Origin: a candidate division FCPU426 bacterium
Lineage (GTDB): Bacteria; Oederibacteriota; Muellerivitia; Muellerivitales; Muellerivitaceae
DNA: 64,000 bases
Direction of reading: 5' to 3'
NCBI GenBank assembly: GCA_963796105.1
Contig: CAWCKJ010000012.1
Coordinates: 160,001 to 224,000 of the forward strand
The notes below the pieces were generated by a model. The model saw nothing but the letters and a program-made list of their open reading frames with translations, was not told where the DNA came from and searched no databases. This document shows positions 42,369 through 52,007 of the stretch, in pieces. The first letter of the stretch is position 1, and every line of letters starts with the position of its first letter. A program made the translations under genes and the position numbers.

Positions 42369-43355
42369 CTACCACTGAAAGCCGCCGCCTTTTTGGTTTC
42401 CGGGCAGTTTATGTTGATTGTCCAATGAATCGGAATCTAACCGCGGAGCAAGGCCCTCAACCGGCGTTTCAAAAGCCGGATCAGGGCCTGAACGAAAAAA
42501 GTCTTTTTCTGGCGGGGAATAAGGCGATGGCAGGGGTGAAACGAACGCCTCGGAATGAACTGGGTAACCCGCCGGGGTTTGGCTTCCCATCGGATCAGGA
42601 GAAGGCATGGAGGATAGGCCCCATTTCCGTTGACGAAGCACCTCAAATAAAACGAGCGCCGAGGCAACCGAGGCGTTCAGGGACGCGATTTTACCTTCCA
42701 TTGGGATTTTCACCAGTTCATCGCAATTTTCCCTGACAAGTCTTCTCAAGCCTTTCCCCTCGCTTCCGATGACGATGGCGCAGGGTCTTTTGTAATCCGC
42801 CTCGAAGAAGGGTCTTTCCCCCTCAGCGTCGGCTCCATACACCCAAACTCCCTCCTCTTTTATGATTCGGATGGCGTCATTAAGGTTTGAAACCTTGATC
42901 GTGAGCATGTGCTCAGCGGCTCCCGCCGAGGCCTTGACCGCCGCGGGAGTCAGGTCCGCGGAACGGTTCTTGGGAATGACGATCCCATGGACCCCCGCGG
43001 CGTCCGCGTTTCGAAAAATAGCCCCGAGGTTCTGGGGATCGTTGATTTCATCCAAAAGGAGGGCGAAAAGAGGCTCGTTTTTATCCTTGCCTGCATCAAA
43101 AAGATCGGGAAGCTCGGCGTACTTTCGGGATTCCAGGATGGCCACGACTCCCTGGTGTTTGTCGCAGCCCGCCAAGGAATCAAGTTTGTGGTGGGTCTCA
43201 TAAAACCAAGGGATGCCTCGGGCGTTAAGATGCGCCTCGATTTGCTCAAGGCTGTCGTCCCGGCCGCCTTTCATCAAATATACCTTGAGAACCGGCCGAA
43301 GACCCGATCGCAAGGCTTCAAGTACCGGTCTTCTCCCGTATAAAGTTTCGCTCAT
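42369..43355 (-). CDS. rlmB: 23S rRNA G2251 2'-O-methyltransferase (SPOUT) with C-terminal extension
   Basis: HQGVVA, DPQNLGAIFR, KASAGA, GSEGKGLR, SLNASVA. Confidence 0.93.
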   Translation of the reverse strand: MSETLYGRRPVLEALRSGLRPVLKVYLMKGGRDDSLEQIEAHLNARGIPWFYETHHKLDSLAGCDKHQGVVAILESRKYAELPDLFDAGKDKNEPLFALLLDEINDPQNLGAIFRNADAAGVHGIVIPKNRSADLTPAAVKASAGAAEHMLTIKVSNLNDAIRIIKEEGVWVYGADAEGERPFFEADYKRPCAIVIGSEGKGLRRLVRENCDELVKIPMEGKIASLNASVASALVLFEVLRQRKWGLSSMPSPDPMGSQTPAGYPVHSEAFVSPLPSPYSPPEKDFFRSGPDPAFETPVEGLAPRLDSDSLDNQHKLPGNQKGGGFQW

Positions 43356-43419
43356 GAAAAACTCTCCTTCCCGCCAGTTTACCCTAAAGAGGGCTCTGCC
43401 GGAAGAATGGGTTGGAAAG

Positions 43420-44574
43420 CTATTTTGAATGAACCCCGGACGAATTTATTTTCTGTGCCGTATTTTCCATCTTTTCAATGGATTTTGTTTTCAAGACTGA
43501 TTGGACCACCGGAAGCTCCAAAAACTGTTTGAAAAAACCCTTCGCGTAACGCTCCGCGCTTTCCCTTGTCAAATGGCTTCCATCCCTGGTGTTTAACGGC
43601 CCGACGTAGGGATGAATCAAGGGCAATCCCAAAATTTCAGCGAGTTTGTCGCCCCGATAATAGGGCCTCGAGTTTTCAGGGAGCAACGAAAGCGCTTTAA
43701 AACTTCCCCCTGATGCCTGGACGTTCCAATAGGTGCCTATGTCATAGGGAATGTCCAGCAATACGACGGCAATTCCCCTTTCCGCCATTTTTCCAATAAA
43801 CCACTTGGCGTTTTCAACCTCTTCCGGGGGAGGATCGATGAATTTGCTGGGTTCCTTAACCAAAATAGCCTCAATATCGGAAGGATGATACTCCGCTTCC
43901 AAAAATCCATCCTCCGACGATTGGTCGTCATAGGATGGCTTGGCTTGCAGGGTTTGATTGAGGCCTAAACGCGGCAGAAACCTGTGGAGCCACAGGCTCA
44001 GCCTCCAAGAGATGGTTCTTCCATAGAGCCACATTCTTGAGCGCCAGGCGCCCTCCCCGGCGGTTTTCAACCCATAACTGCTCAACCCCTTCATGAAGAA
44101 ATAATTCAGATTCACGGCCACAACCGCCGGTTTGAGATTCTGCCGTCGGATTGTTTCGTACGCCATGACCATGCCGTCGTTCGCCGGATAGCAAAGGTTA
44201 AAGAAACGCAGGCCCGTGGCTTTGGAAGCATCTTGAACCGAGGATTCCCGGAAAGCGTGAAGCACCCTTGAGTTCCCCAAGAAGATCACATCGGCTTTTC
44301 TCGCGTTTGCAATCGCGCCCCCGATTCCATAGTAAAGAACATCGTAAATTTCATAATGGTCGCTGTCAGTCTCCGTGATAATTCCGTCGCGACTCGGGGG
44401 CGGTGAGAATTCACCATGCCAGGACATGTCAGGGGGCAAAATCCTGGTTATAACTTCCCCCGTTGAGACGGCAAGGAAAAAGGAAACCATGAAAACCGCA
44501 ATGGCTTCCAGATGGCCCCTGTTCCGGCCCATCGAATTAAAACTGAAAGTAGATGAACGCATTGTTTTTTCCAT
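43420..44574 (-). CDS. Membrane-anchored SGNH-like protein, partner of the MBOAT
   Basis: N-terminal TM, FLGNSR block and C-terminal DGSH (D-x-x-H); directly downstream of the MBOAT gene. Confidence 0.6.
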   Translation of the reverse strand: MEKTMRSSTFSFNSMGRNRGHLEAIAVFMVSFFLAVSTGEVITRILPPDMSWHGEFSPPPSRDGIITETDSDHYEIYDVLYYGIGGAIANARKADVIFLGNSRVLHAFRESSVQDASKATGLRFFNLCYPANDGMVMAYETIRRQNLKPAVVAVNLNYFFMKGLSSYGLKTAGEGAWRSRMWLYGRTISWRLSLWLHRFLPRLGLNQTLQAKPSYDDQSSEDGFLEAEYHPSDIEAILVKEPSKFIDPPPEEVENAKWFIGKMAERGIAVVLLDIPYDIGTYWNVQASGGSFKALSLLPENSRPYYRGDKLAEILGLPLIHPYVGPLNTRDGSHLTRESAERYAKGFFKQFLELPVVQSVLKTKSIEKMENTAQKINSSGVHSK

Positions 44575-45955
44575 AAAGAGTGAGTAGGCAATAAAGCATA
44601 ACCGCGACCCAGATTCCCTTTTCTTTGAATCCAGGTGCCGATAAGTAATTTCCTTCTACTAAAAATGTTCTTACATGGATCAAGAAAACGGGAATAACGA
44701 AAAGAAAAGCGGTCGCGATCTGGGAAATATCCCTCCATCCCCACCAGAAGTGTCCCAAATTCCCGAGGAAATGGAATCCCTCCACGACGGTTCTAGCCCT
44801 GAAAAATATCCAGGCCGTCAAAACCCCGAATTGCGAGGTTAAAAACCAAATAAGTTTCATCCACGGGTTTCGAATGGATCCTTCCCGGTTAAAACCTAGT
44901 AACCTCTCGACTCCCAAAAATATACCGTGAAGGCCACCCCATATTAGGAATGTAAAAGCCGCCCCATGCCAAAGTCCCGCCAATAAAAAGGTAATGAATA
45001 GGGTCAGGAAGGGCCGCCAGCTGGCGCCCCTGTTTCCCCCCAAAGGTATATAAAGGTAATCCCTGATCCACCTGGAGAGGCTGATGTGCCACCTGGTCCA
45101 GAATTCCCTGAAAGAACCGGCGATGTAGGGACTGTTGAAATTCACTGGCAATCGAAAGCCGAGTAAATAGGCGGTTCCCCTTGCGATATTGGTGTACCCG
45201 TAAATGTCGGCGAAAATTTGGCATGAAAACAAGACCGCCAAGGATAACGGCACCACCGCCGGCATGTTGTCGGACGCGCCCCTCGACCAATACCTGTTGA
45301 TGTAACCGGCCAGATTGTCGGCCACCACCATTTTAAGAAAATAGCCGAAGACCATTAAATAAAGGCCTTGAAGGACGACTCCCATGCGCATTTTTCTTTT
45401 CCGGTTGAATTGATACATCAACTCGCTCGCCCGCACGATGGGACCCGAGATGAGATGGGTGAAAAAACAGACAAAAAGCAGAAACCGGCCGTAGCTCGGG
45501 GCTGGCTGAATCCTCCCCCGGTATAGGTCAATGGTGTAGCTCATGCTTTGAAACGTGAAAAACGAAATCCCGATTGGAAGAAGAAGGTTTAAATAAGGGA
45601 TTTGGGGCCCAGCCATGTGGAAAAATCCGCAAATGTTTCTCCAGGTTTCCAGGACGAAATCGGTATATTTAAAAAACGCGAGAAGACCCAGATTGGCCGC
45701 CAAGGAAAACACCAGAAATATTTTTTTCCGGGCCGGGGATACCGCCGCGTAAATCTTTTTTCCCGCGTAGTAATCCACCAGGGTGGTGAAAAGAAGGAGC
45801 AAGAGATAGGGCGGGTAAAAAGAGGCGTAAAAAACGAGGCTTAAGACCAAAAGAGAGGTCAAATAGGCTTTTTCAACCTTGGTGGGCCCGAGCCAAACCC
45901 GGCAAACCAGGGCCAAGGCGAATAAAAGGACGAATGAAAAGGAAACAAAACTCAT
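44537..45955 (-). CDS. MBOAT family O-acyltransferase (AlgI/PatA-like)
   Basis: LPIGISFFTFQSMSY, GPIVRA, NFNSPY, FWTRWHISLSRWIRDYLYIPLGG, GLWHGA. Confidence 0.93.
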   Translation of the reverse strand: MSFVSFSFVLLFALALVCRVWLGPTKVEKAYLTSLLVLSLVFYASFYPPYLLLLLFTTLVDYYAGKKIYAAVSPARKKIFLVFSLAANLGLLAFFKYTDFVLETWRNICGFFHMAGPQIPYLNLLLPIGISFFTFQSMSYTIDLYRGRIQPAPSYGRFLLFVCFFTHLISGPIVRASELMYQFNRKRKMRMGVVLQGLYLMVFGYFLKMVVADNLAGYINRYWSRGASDNMPAVVPLSLAVLFSCQIFADIYGYTNIARGTAYLLGFRLPVNFNSPYIAGSFREFWTRWHISLSRWIRDYLYIPLGGNRGASWRPFLTLFITFLLAGLWHGAAFTFLIWGGLHGIFLGVERLLGFNREGSIRNPWMKLIWFLTSQFGVLTAWIFFRARTVVEGFHFLGNLGHFWWGWRDISQIATAFLFVIPVFLIHVRTFLVEGNYLSAPGFKEKGIWVAVMLYCLLTLYGKNNAFIYFQF

Positions 45956-46004
45956 TTAGGAGGCTTTCTTCTCCCATTCCTTGGAAGAAATAATCTCAAT
46001 CCTT

Positions 46005-47432
46005 CTATTTGGGCAGCACCCTGAAATGCCCTCCTTGAACATCCTCAACCCTGAATCCCAAAGCTGAAATCCGGGAGCGGATTTCATCGGCTTCCTTGAA
46101 TTTCTTTTCCAATTTCAACCGTACCCTTTCTTCCGCCAAAACCTCCACTTCTGTGGGGATAGCGGTGGATTGGGCGGATACGATCCCAAGCAGTTCTCCC
46201 AGCCGGTTGAGCCTATCGGCGGCCTCCGCCAACAGGCTTTTGGCGCCAGCCGACATCCTGGACGCTTGGCTTAAAACCCTGCGGGATTCCCGCGCTAAAT
46301 CGAACAACACCGCCAGGGCCCTGGGCGTATTAAAATCATCATCCATGGCTTCCTTGAACTTCACTTCCGCCTCATCCACCCCCAGTCGGAGGGCCAGGAG
46401 ATCCTGGGGTTCATTCCCATCCGGAGCGTTCAAAGCTTCCTCGATTCGCTGGAATGTGAGGTTGAATTCAGCCAAACCTTTTACGCAAGCCTCAAGGATA
46501 TCCTGGCTGTAATTCAACCCGCTCCGATAATGAGCGCTCAGGAAAAAGTAACGAAGAATTTCCGGTTTGTATCGGGCCAAGGCGTCCTTGGCTTTCCAAA
46601 TGTTACCCAGGGATTTGCTCATCTTCTGACCGGAGATCTCGATAAATCCGTTGTGGAGCCAATATTTCACGAATGGCTTGGCGGTAACCGCCTCGCATTG
46701 CGCGATCTCATTCTCGTGGTGCGGAAAAATCAGGTCCATCCCGCCGCCGTGGATGTCGATGGAGTCGCCCAGGTGTTTGCGGACCATCGCGGAACACTCG
46801 ATGTGCCAACCGGGCCGGCCCTTTCCCCAGGGGGAATCCCATTGGGGCTCGCCTGGCTTGGAGGCTTTCCAAAGGGTAAAGTCCGTCGGGTTTCTTTTGT
46901 TCTCGTTTTTCTCCACCCTCGCGCCTTCCAGGATTTCCTCCAGGTCCTTGCCGGAGAGCTTGCCGTAATTTTCGAAGGTAGTAGTGTCAAACATCACATC
47001 CTGTCCCAGATCCGTGGAGGAAACCGCATAGGCGTGGCCCTTTTCAACCAATCCTGATACCAATGCGATGATTTCTTGGATATGATCCGTGGCCTTGGGG
47101 TAAATGTCGGCTTTCTGAATTCCCAATTTTTCCAAAATACCGAAAAAAGCTGAGGCATAGGTGGTTGCGACATCCTGGAACCCCCGCTTCTCCTCGTTGG
47201 CCTTATGGATAATTTTATCGTCGATGTCCGTGATGTTCATGATGTAGGTGACTTTGTAACCTGAATGGGAAAGGTATTTCCGTATCACGTCGAAATTCAC
47301 GAAACAGCGCGCGTTGCCGATATGAATGTCGCCGTAAACCGTGGGACCGCAGACATACATCTTGACCTGAGGATGTTGGATGGGCTCGAAAGCCTCTTTC
47401 TCGCCCGACAAGGTATTGGTGATCTTTAACAT
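46005..47432 (-). CDS. cysS: Cysteinyl-tRNA synthetase
   Basis: CGPTVY, HIGN, GRPGWHIECS, FPHHENE, KMSKS. Confidence 0.98.
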   Translation of the reverse strand: MLKITNTLSGEKEAFEPIQHPQVKMYVCGPTVYGDIHIGNARCFVNFDVIRKYLSHSGYKVTYIMNITDIDDKIIHKANEEKRGFQDVATTYASAFFGILEKLGIQKADIYPKATDHIQEIIALVSGLVEKGHAYAVSSTDLGQDVMFDTTTFENYGKLSGKDLEEILEGARVEKNENKRNPTDFTLWKASKPGEPQWDSPWGKGRPGWHIECSAMVRKHLGDSIDIHGGGMDLIFPHHENEIAQCEAVTAKPFVKYWLHNGFIEISGQKMSKSLGNIWKAKDALARYKPEILRYFFLSAHYRSGLNYSQDILEACVKGLAEFNLTFQRIEEALNAPDGNEPQDLLALRLGVDEAEVKFKEAMDDDFNTPRALAVLFDLARESRRVLSQASRMSAGAKSLLAEAADRLNRLGELLGIVSAQSTAIPTEVEVLAEERVRLKLEKKFKEADEIRSRISALGFRVEDVQGGHFRVLPK

Positions 47433-47542
47433 TTAAACCTCTTAAAAATGACCAGCTTCACGCTTGAAAAGATTAATGTTTTGTCGGAATGATGCAAAGG
47501 AAATTATTTGTTTTATTATAATTCTGATGCTTTGCGGATTGC

Positions 47543-48178
47543 TTATTTTGATTTCTTCTTGCGCCTTGGGGCATAGGAGCCTGAATAACGGGCTAATTCC
47601 CTCTCGAGATGTTCCAGCTGCCGCATGACCGGATCCGGTAAATGCACATGGTCTAATTCATCCGCGTCGCTGACGCGTTTTCCTCTCAGCGTGACAACAT
47701 GGGCGGGCACCCCGACCGCGGTCGAATGCGGGGGAACATCCGTGACCACGACCGCGTTGGCCCCTATTTTGGAATGCTCACCGATGATGATGTTGCCTAG
47801 CACCTTGGCCCCGGCCGCAACCACGACATGATCCCTAAGGGTCGGATGCCTTTTCCCCTTTTCCTTGCCGGTTCCACCCAGGGTCACGCCTTGAAACAAT
47901 GTGACATTGTCCCCGATTTCACAGGTTTCACCCAGGACAGTGCCCATCCCATGGTCGATGAAGAAATTCCTCCCGATCTTGGCGCCCGGATGTATCTCTA
48001 TACCCGTGAAAAACCTGGAAATCTGTGAAATCAACCTGGGCAGGATGGGAATTCCAGCCACCCACAGGGCATGTCCGATTCGATGTAGGAAAAGAGCGTA
48101 GACGCAGGGATAAAACAACAGTTCCCACCATCGGGCAGCGGGGTCGCGCTCTAATACTGATTTAATGTAGCTAAACAT
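47543..48178 (-). CDS. cysE: Serine O-acetyltransferase
   Basis: [31 protein letters not shown]. Confidence 0.96.
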   Translation of the reverse strand: MFSYIKSVLERDPAARWWELLFYPCVYALFLHRIGHALWVAGIPILPRLISQISRFFTGIEIHPGAKIGRNFFIDHGMGTVLGETCEIGDNVTLFQGVTLGGTGKEKGKRHPTLRDHVVVAAGAKVLGNIIIGEHSKIGANAVVVTDVPPHSTAVGVPAHVVTLRGKRVSDADELDHVHLPDPVMRQLEHLERELARYSGSYAPRRKKKSK

Positions 48179-48273
48179 GTTTGACTCTTTTATTCAGGTT
48201 TTTGAATCATCCCCAACGGGAAAGGTTGAAAATAAAATCCCTGTATTCACTAAAACGCGCCAAATTTTTTAAT

Positions 48274-49737
48274 TTAACTATTTATATCTTCCTTAATCCA
48301 AATGGCCAGCCTCTTCAGGAGCGCTGGTTTGCCGAGCAAAGGGACGATTTTCATGAGTTCAGGGCCGTCCTCACGGCCGGTCAAGGCGAGCCGCAAAGGA
48401 TGATATAGGGCTTTGCCTTTTAAATTCACCTGTTTTCCGACTTCCTTGACGATTTTCAGGAAATTTTCACCCGTAAACTCGCCCTGAAACGCCTCAAACG
48501 CCTTTTCGTAAGCCTCTAAAAGGGGTTTCTGGGCCAACATCTCCTGGGTTTGAAGTGGCTCGAAATGGAACTCATCCGAGAAGAAATAAAAAGTCTCCTT
48601 AACAATGTCAGAAAAGCATCCCAAACTTGTCCGCACGGTATCGACCACGCCCTTGAGCCAATCGAATTTTTCGCGGGCTTGTACCTGGGTCAAGAATTGG
48701 GCATCAATCAGGAAAGGCAGGACAGCGCGGGTCAAATCATCCAATGGATACTTCTTTTCCGTGAGATATTGGCTCCCCATCCAGTGCAATTTCACAGGAT
48801 CGAAAATCGCCCCGCTCTTGCCCACATGGGTCAAATCGAACTCTTTCGCCATTTGTTCCAAGGAAAGAATTTCCCCGCTTTTGGGGGCCCATCCGAGCAA
48901 GGCCAAGTAGTTCAAAAAAGCCTCCGGCAGGTAGCCCTTGGCCTTGTAGCTTTCCACGCTGGTCTCGCCGTGGCGCTTGGAAAGTTTTTGGCCGTCCGGG
49001 CCCTTGATGATGGAAAGGTGGGCGAACTTCGGGGGTTGGAGACCGAGAGCCTGGTATAGAAGTATCTGCTTCGGGGTATTGGAAAGGTGATCCTCCCCAC
49101 GGATCACATGAGTGACTTTCATCATGGCGTCATCCACCACCACCGTAAAATTGTACGTGGGACTGCCGTCGGAACGGGTGAGCACGAAATCCCCGATCTG
49201 ATCATCGGGAAAACAAACCTCTCCCCTGACCTCGTCATTCACCAAAATCTCGCCAGGCGGCACGATGAACCGCAAAACCGAAAGTTTGCCTTCGGCGTCA
49301 AGCCTCGTTCGGTCCTCTTTTTTTAACGCCTTGCATTTTCCGCCGTACTTGGGCATGTGGCCCCGGCCCAATTGGCGCTTTCGCTCAAGCTCCAACTCCT
49401 CCTCGGTGCAAAAGCAGGGGTACACAAAGCCTTTTTCCTTTAACTTGTTCAAGTGTTCCATATAGAAAGCGGTGCGCTCCGATTGTTTATAAGGGGCATA
49501 AGGCCCGCCCACCCTGGGACCCTCATCCCACTTCAGGCCCAGCCAGGTCATGATATCCATCAACTCATCGCAGTATTCTTCCGTGGAGCGTTCCTTGTCG
49601 GTATCCTCGATCCGGAGAATAAAAACTCCCCCTTGGTTCCGGGCATAGAGCCAGTTATAGAGCGCCGTGCGTACGTTCCCGATATGCAGGTCGCCTGTGG
49701 GGCTGGGAGCGAATCGAACCCTGACTTTGTCATTCAT
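48274..49737 (-). CDS. gltX: Glutamyl-tRNA synthetase
   Basis: RFAPSPTG, HIGN, RIEDTD, IRGEDH, KLSKR. Confidence 0.98.
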   Translation of the reverse strand: MNDKVRVRFAPSPTGDLHIGNVRTALYNWLYARNQGGVFILRIEDTDKERSTEEYCDELMDIMTWLGLKWDEGPRVGGPYAPYKQSERTAFYMEHLNKLKEKGFVYPCFCTEEELELERKRQLGRGHMPKYGGKCKALKKEDRTRLDAEGKLSVLRFIVPPGEILVNDEVRGEVCFPDDQIGDFVLTRSDGSPTYNFTVVVDDAMMKVTHVIRGEDHLSNTPKQILLYQALGLQPPKFAHLSIIKGPDGQKLSKRHGETSVESYKAKGYLPEAFLNYLALLGWAPKSGEILSLEQMAKEFDLTHVGKSGAIFDPVKLHWMGSQYLTEKKYPLDDLTRAVLPFLIDAQFLTQVQAREKFDWLKGVVDTVRTSLGCFSDIVKETFYFFSDEFHFEPLQTQEMLAQKPLLEAYEKAFEAFQGEFTGENFLKIVKEVGKQVNLKGKALYHPLRLALTGREDGPELMKIVPLLGKPALLKRLAIWIKEDINS

Positions 49738-49801
49738 TTTTGATCCTCAATATAAATTCCTGCTGAATTACGTCTTATATCCAAGGGCGGAAGCTTGCCA
49801 A

Positions 49802-50281
49802 TCAGGGTTTCGAGAGGAGGACAACCGCCTGGACGGACAGGCCTTCTTTTCGTCCCTCAAAGCCCATACCCTCTGTCGTCTTGGCTTTCACATTGACCGC
49901 GTCGGTTTTAACTTCCAACAGGACGCTGATCCTTTTCGCCATAGGGATCAGATGGGAAGCCAGCTTGGGTTCCTGGCAAACGATTGTGGCGTCAACATTT
50001 CCCACGGACCAGCCCTTGCCCTTGGCGAGCCTGGCGCATTCCTTCAATATAAGCAGGCTGTCGGCGTTTTTCCATTTCGGGTCGCTGTCCGGGAAATAAT
50101 CTCCGATATTCCCCAGGGCCGCAGCCCCCAGGATGGCGTCGCTCACCGCGTGGCAGAGGGCATCCGCGTCCGAATGGCCTAAAAGCCCCTTCTCATGGGG
50201 GATGTTAATCCCTCCCAGGATTAAAGGCCTTCCTTCCACCCATTGATGGGCGTCATATCCGTTGCCAATCCTGTATTCCAT
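49802..50281 (-). CDS. ispF: 2-C-methyl-D-erythritol 2,4-cyclodiphosphate synthase
   Basis: RIGNGYDAH, GHSDAD, VKAKTTE. Confidence 0.97.
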   Translation of the reverse strand: MEYRIGNGYDAHQWVEGRPLILGGINIPHEKGLLGHSDADALCHAVSDAILGAAALGNIGDYFPDSDPKWKNADSLLILKECARLAKGKGWSVGNVDATIVCQEPKLASHLIPMAKRISVLLEVKTDAVNVKAKTTEGMGFEGRKEGLSVQAVVLLSKP

Positions 50282-50511
50282 CCTGATTTCCTTTGGCCTG
50301 ATTCTTTAGCAGGCTGCTGAAAAAGTAAAATAGGCCGACAATGCAGCCTGCGACCCCAAAGATTCCGCGCCATTTTTCCATATAAATCATATAAAGACAA
50401 AATGGCATGCCCAGTTATCTTTATCAGATTCCCATCAAAACAGGGCAGGAATCGTGAGGTTTCCGTTTAGGAAAGATTGCCGTCTGGATTCAACTTATTA
50501 AGGAACTGTTA

Positions 50512-51228
50512 CTAGCGCCCTTCAGTGCCCCGCCAGATGAAATCCTTCACGCGGTGAAAATCCTCGATACTGGTGACCTTGAAATTGAACTGGTCCCCCT
50601 CAACCGTTTTCACCTTGAAGCCAGCCGCTTCCACCACCGAGGCGTCATCGGTCATTTTGGAGGCCTTGGAGCCGAGCTTTTTAAATGCTTTTTGGAGGAT
50701 GGACAGCTTGAAACCCTGGGGGGTCTGGACCGCCCGGATGTGGGATCGGTTAAGTGTGCGGACGACTTCTTCCCCGGAGACGATCTTGAGGGTATCTTTG
50801 ACCGGAATCACGGGAATAGCGGCTCCGGACCGGAGGGCGCTTTTCAAGACCCGCTTGATCACTTCGGGAGAGATAAGCGGCCTCGCCGCGTCATGCACCA
50901 GGACGCATTTGACTCCGGCTGGTATGACCGAAAGGCCCTCCAGTACGGAGTCTTCGCGTTCCACCCCGCCTTTGGTCACGATTCCCGATAAATGGTATCT
51001 GTAAATAGCCTGGAGAGCCCTTTCAATATAATTCACGCGCGTGGCGATGATCACATAGGCCAATCCCGGAACTTTGCTGAAGGATTCCAGGCAAAGGTCC
51101 AAAAGGGTTCTTTTATGGTCCGCATAAAGGAAAGGCTTGGGAACAGTCCCCTTTAACCTCTTGGACTGGCCCGCCGCCACGATAATGACGGCCCAGGGTA
51201 TGGTTTTCTTTGATTTTTTCGATTTCAT
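50512..51228 (-). CDS. ispD: 2-C-methyl-D-erythritol 4-phosphate cytidylyltransferase
   Basis: AAGQSKR, GGVEREDSV, VHDAARP, QTPQGF, TDDAS. Confidence 0.95.
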   Translation of the reverse strand: MKSKKSKKTIPWAVIIVAAGQSKRLKGTVPKPFLYADHKRTLLDLCLESFSKVPGLAYVIIATRVNYIERALQAIYRYHLSGIVTKGGVEREDSVLEGLSVIPAGVKCVLVHDAARPLISPEVIKRVLKSALRSGAAIPVIPVKDTLKIVSGEEVVRTLNRSHIRAVQTPQGFKLSILQKAFKKLGSKASKMTDDASVVEAAGFKVKTVEGDQFNFKVTSIEDFHRVKDFIWRGTEGR

Positions 51229-51276
51229 GGGGGCCAGTCTAACAAAATGGACCGGATGTTTCCAGGCGAGCGGGGT

Positions 51277-51960
51277 TTAAGCCCTTTTCAACCTTGTTTG
51301 AACATTCAAACTGGTTAATTCCCGAAGAGCGTCCTTGGCAATCCACCGGGCGGACTTGGAATTCATTCTCTCGATGAATTTGGCTTCCCGGATCGCGGCG
51401 CGGTTCAAGCGGAGGTTTCTCTTCCCGATCTGCCTCAGTGCCCAGTTGACGGCTTTTCTCACGAAGTTTCTTCCGTCCGCCGCTTCCCTTCGAATGGCGG
51501 GAAAAAATCCCAAAAACAGCTCGTCCGGGGCTTTTTTGTCATGCACCGCCAGTCCGGCCATCAAAACAAATCCCGCCCGTTTCTCGAATTCCCGCTTTCT
51601 CCTGCTCCACTCGGATATTTTGCCGAGGGCCCATTTGGTCCGATCGAACAAATGTCCGCAGCAGCAATCACAAATATCCCAGGAATCGAAATCCTTGACC
51701 CATCTTTCCATTTGGGCAAGGGTGACTTCTTCCGGGATGTCGATCAGGGCCGCCAAGACCCTGGCTTCGTGAATTTCAGACTTCCAAAGCTCCAGGGCCA
51801 ATAGGTGGTTCTTGCCGATTTCCTTTGCCATTTTGTCCAATTTGGGTTTCGAGATCCCCAGAATGTTCTTTCCGCGGATTCCAAACCTGGCCATGCCGTC
51901 GATATTCCGGCGGTTCCGTAGAAGCCGCATCTTGCGAATAATCTTTTTAAAATCCGTCAC
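51277..51960 (-). CDS. DNA alkylation repair protein (AlkD-like)
   Basis: DFDSWDICD, DGRNFVRKAVNWALRQIGKRN, ARWIAKDALREL; GTG 51960 with GAGGGG RBS. Confidence 0.88.
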   Translation of the reverse strand: MTDFKKIIRKMRLLRNRRNIDGMARFGIRGKNILGISKPKLDKMAKEIGKNHLLALELWKSEIHEARVLAALIDIPEEVTLAQMERWVKDFDSWDICDCCCGHLFDRTKWALGKISEWSRRKREFEKRAGFVLMAGLAVHDKKAPDELFLGFFPAIRREAADGRNFVRKAVNWALRQIGKRNLRLNRAAIREAKFIERMNSKSARWIAKDALRELTSLNVQTRLKRA

Positions 51961-52007
51961 TTCGGATTCCCCCTCAAACGCGAAATAATCCACCCTGAAG
52001 GCTTGGT

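Noticed and set aside
50306..50352. TAGCAGGCTGCTGAAAAAG...GCAGCCTGC, possible IS or MITE end between ispD and ispF
   Set aside because: Single short occurrence with no partner end or transposase in the window.
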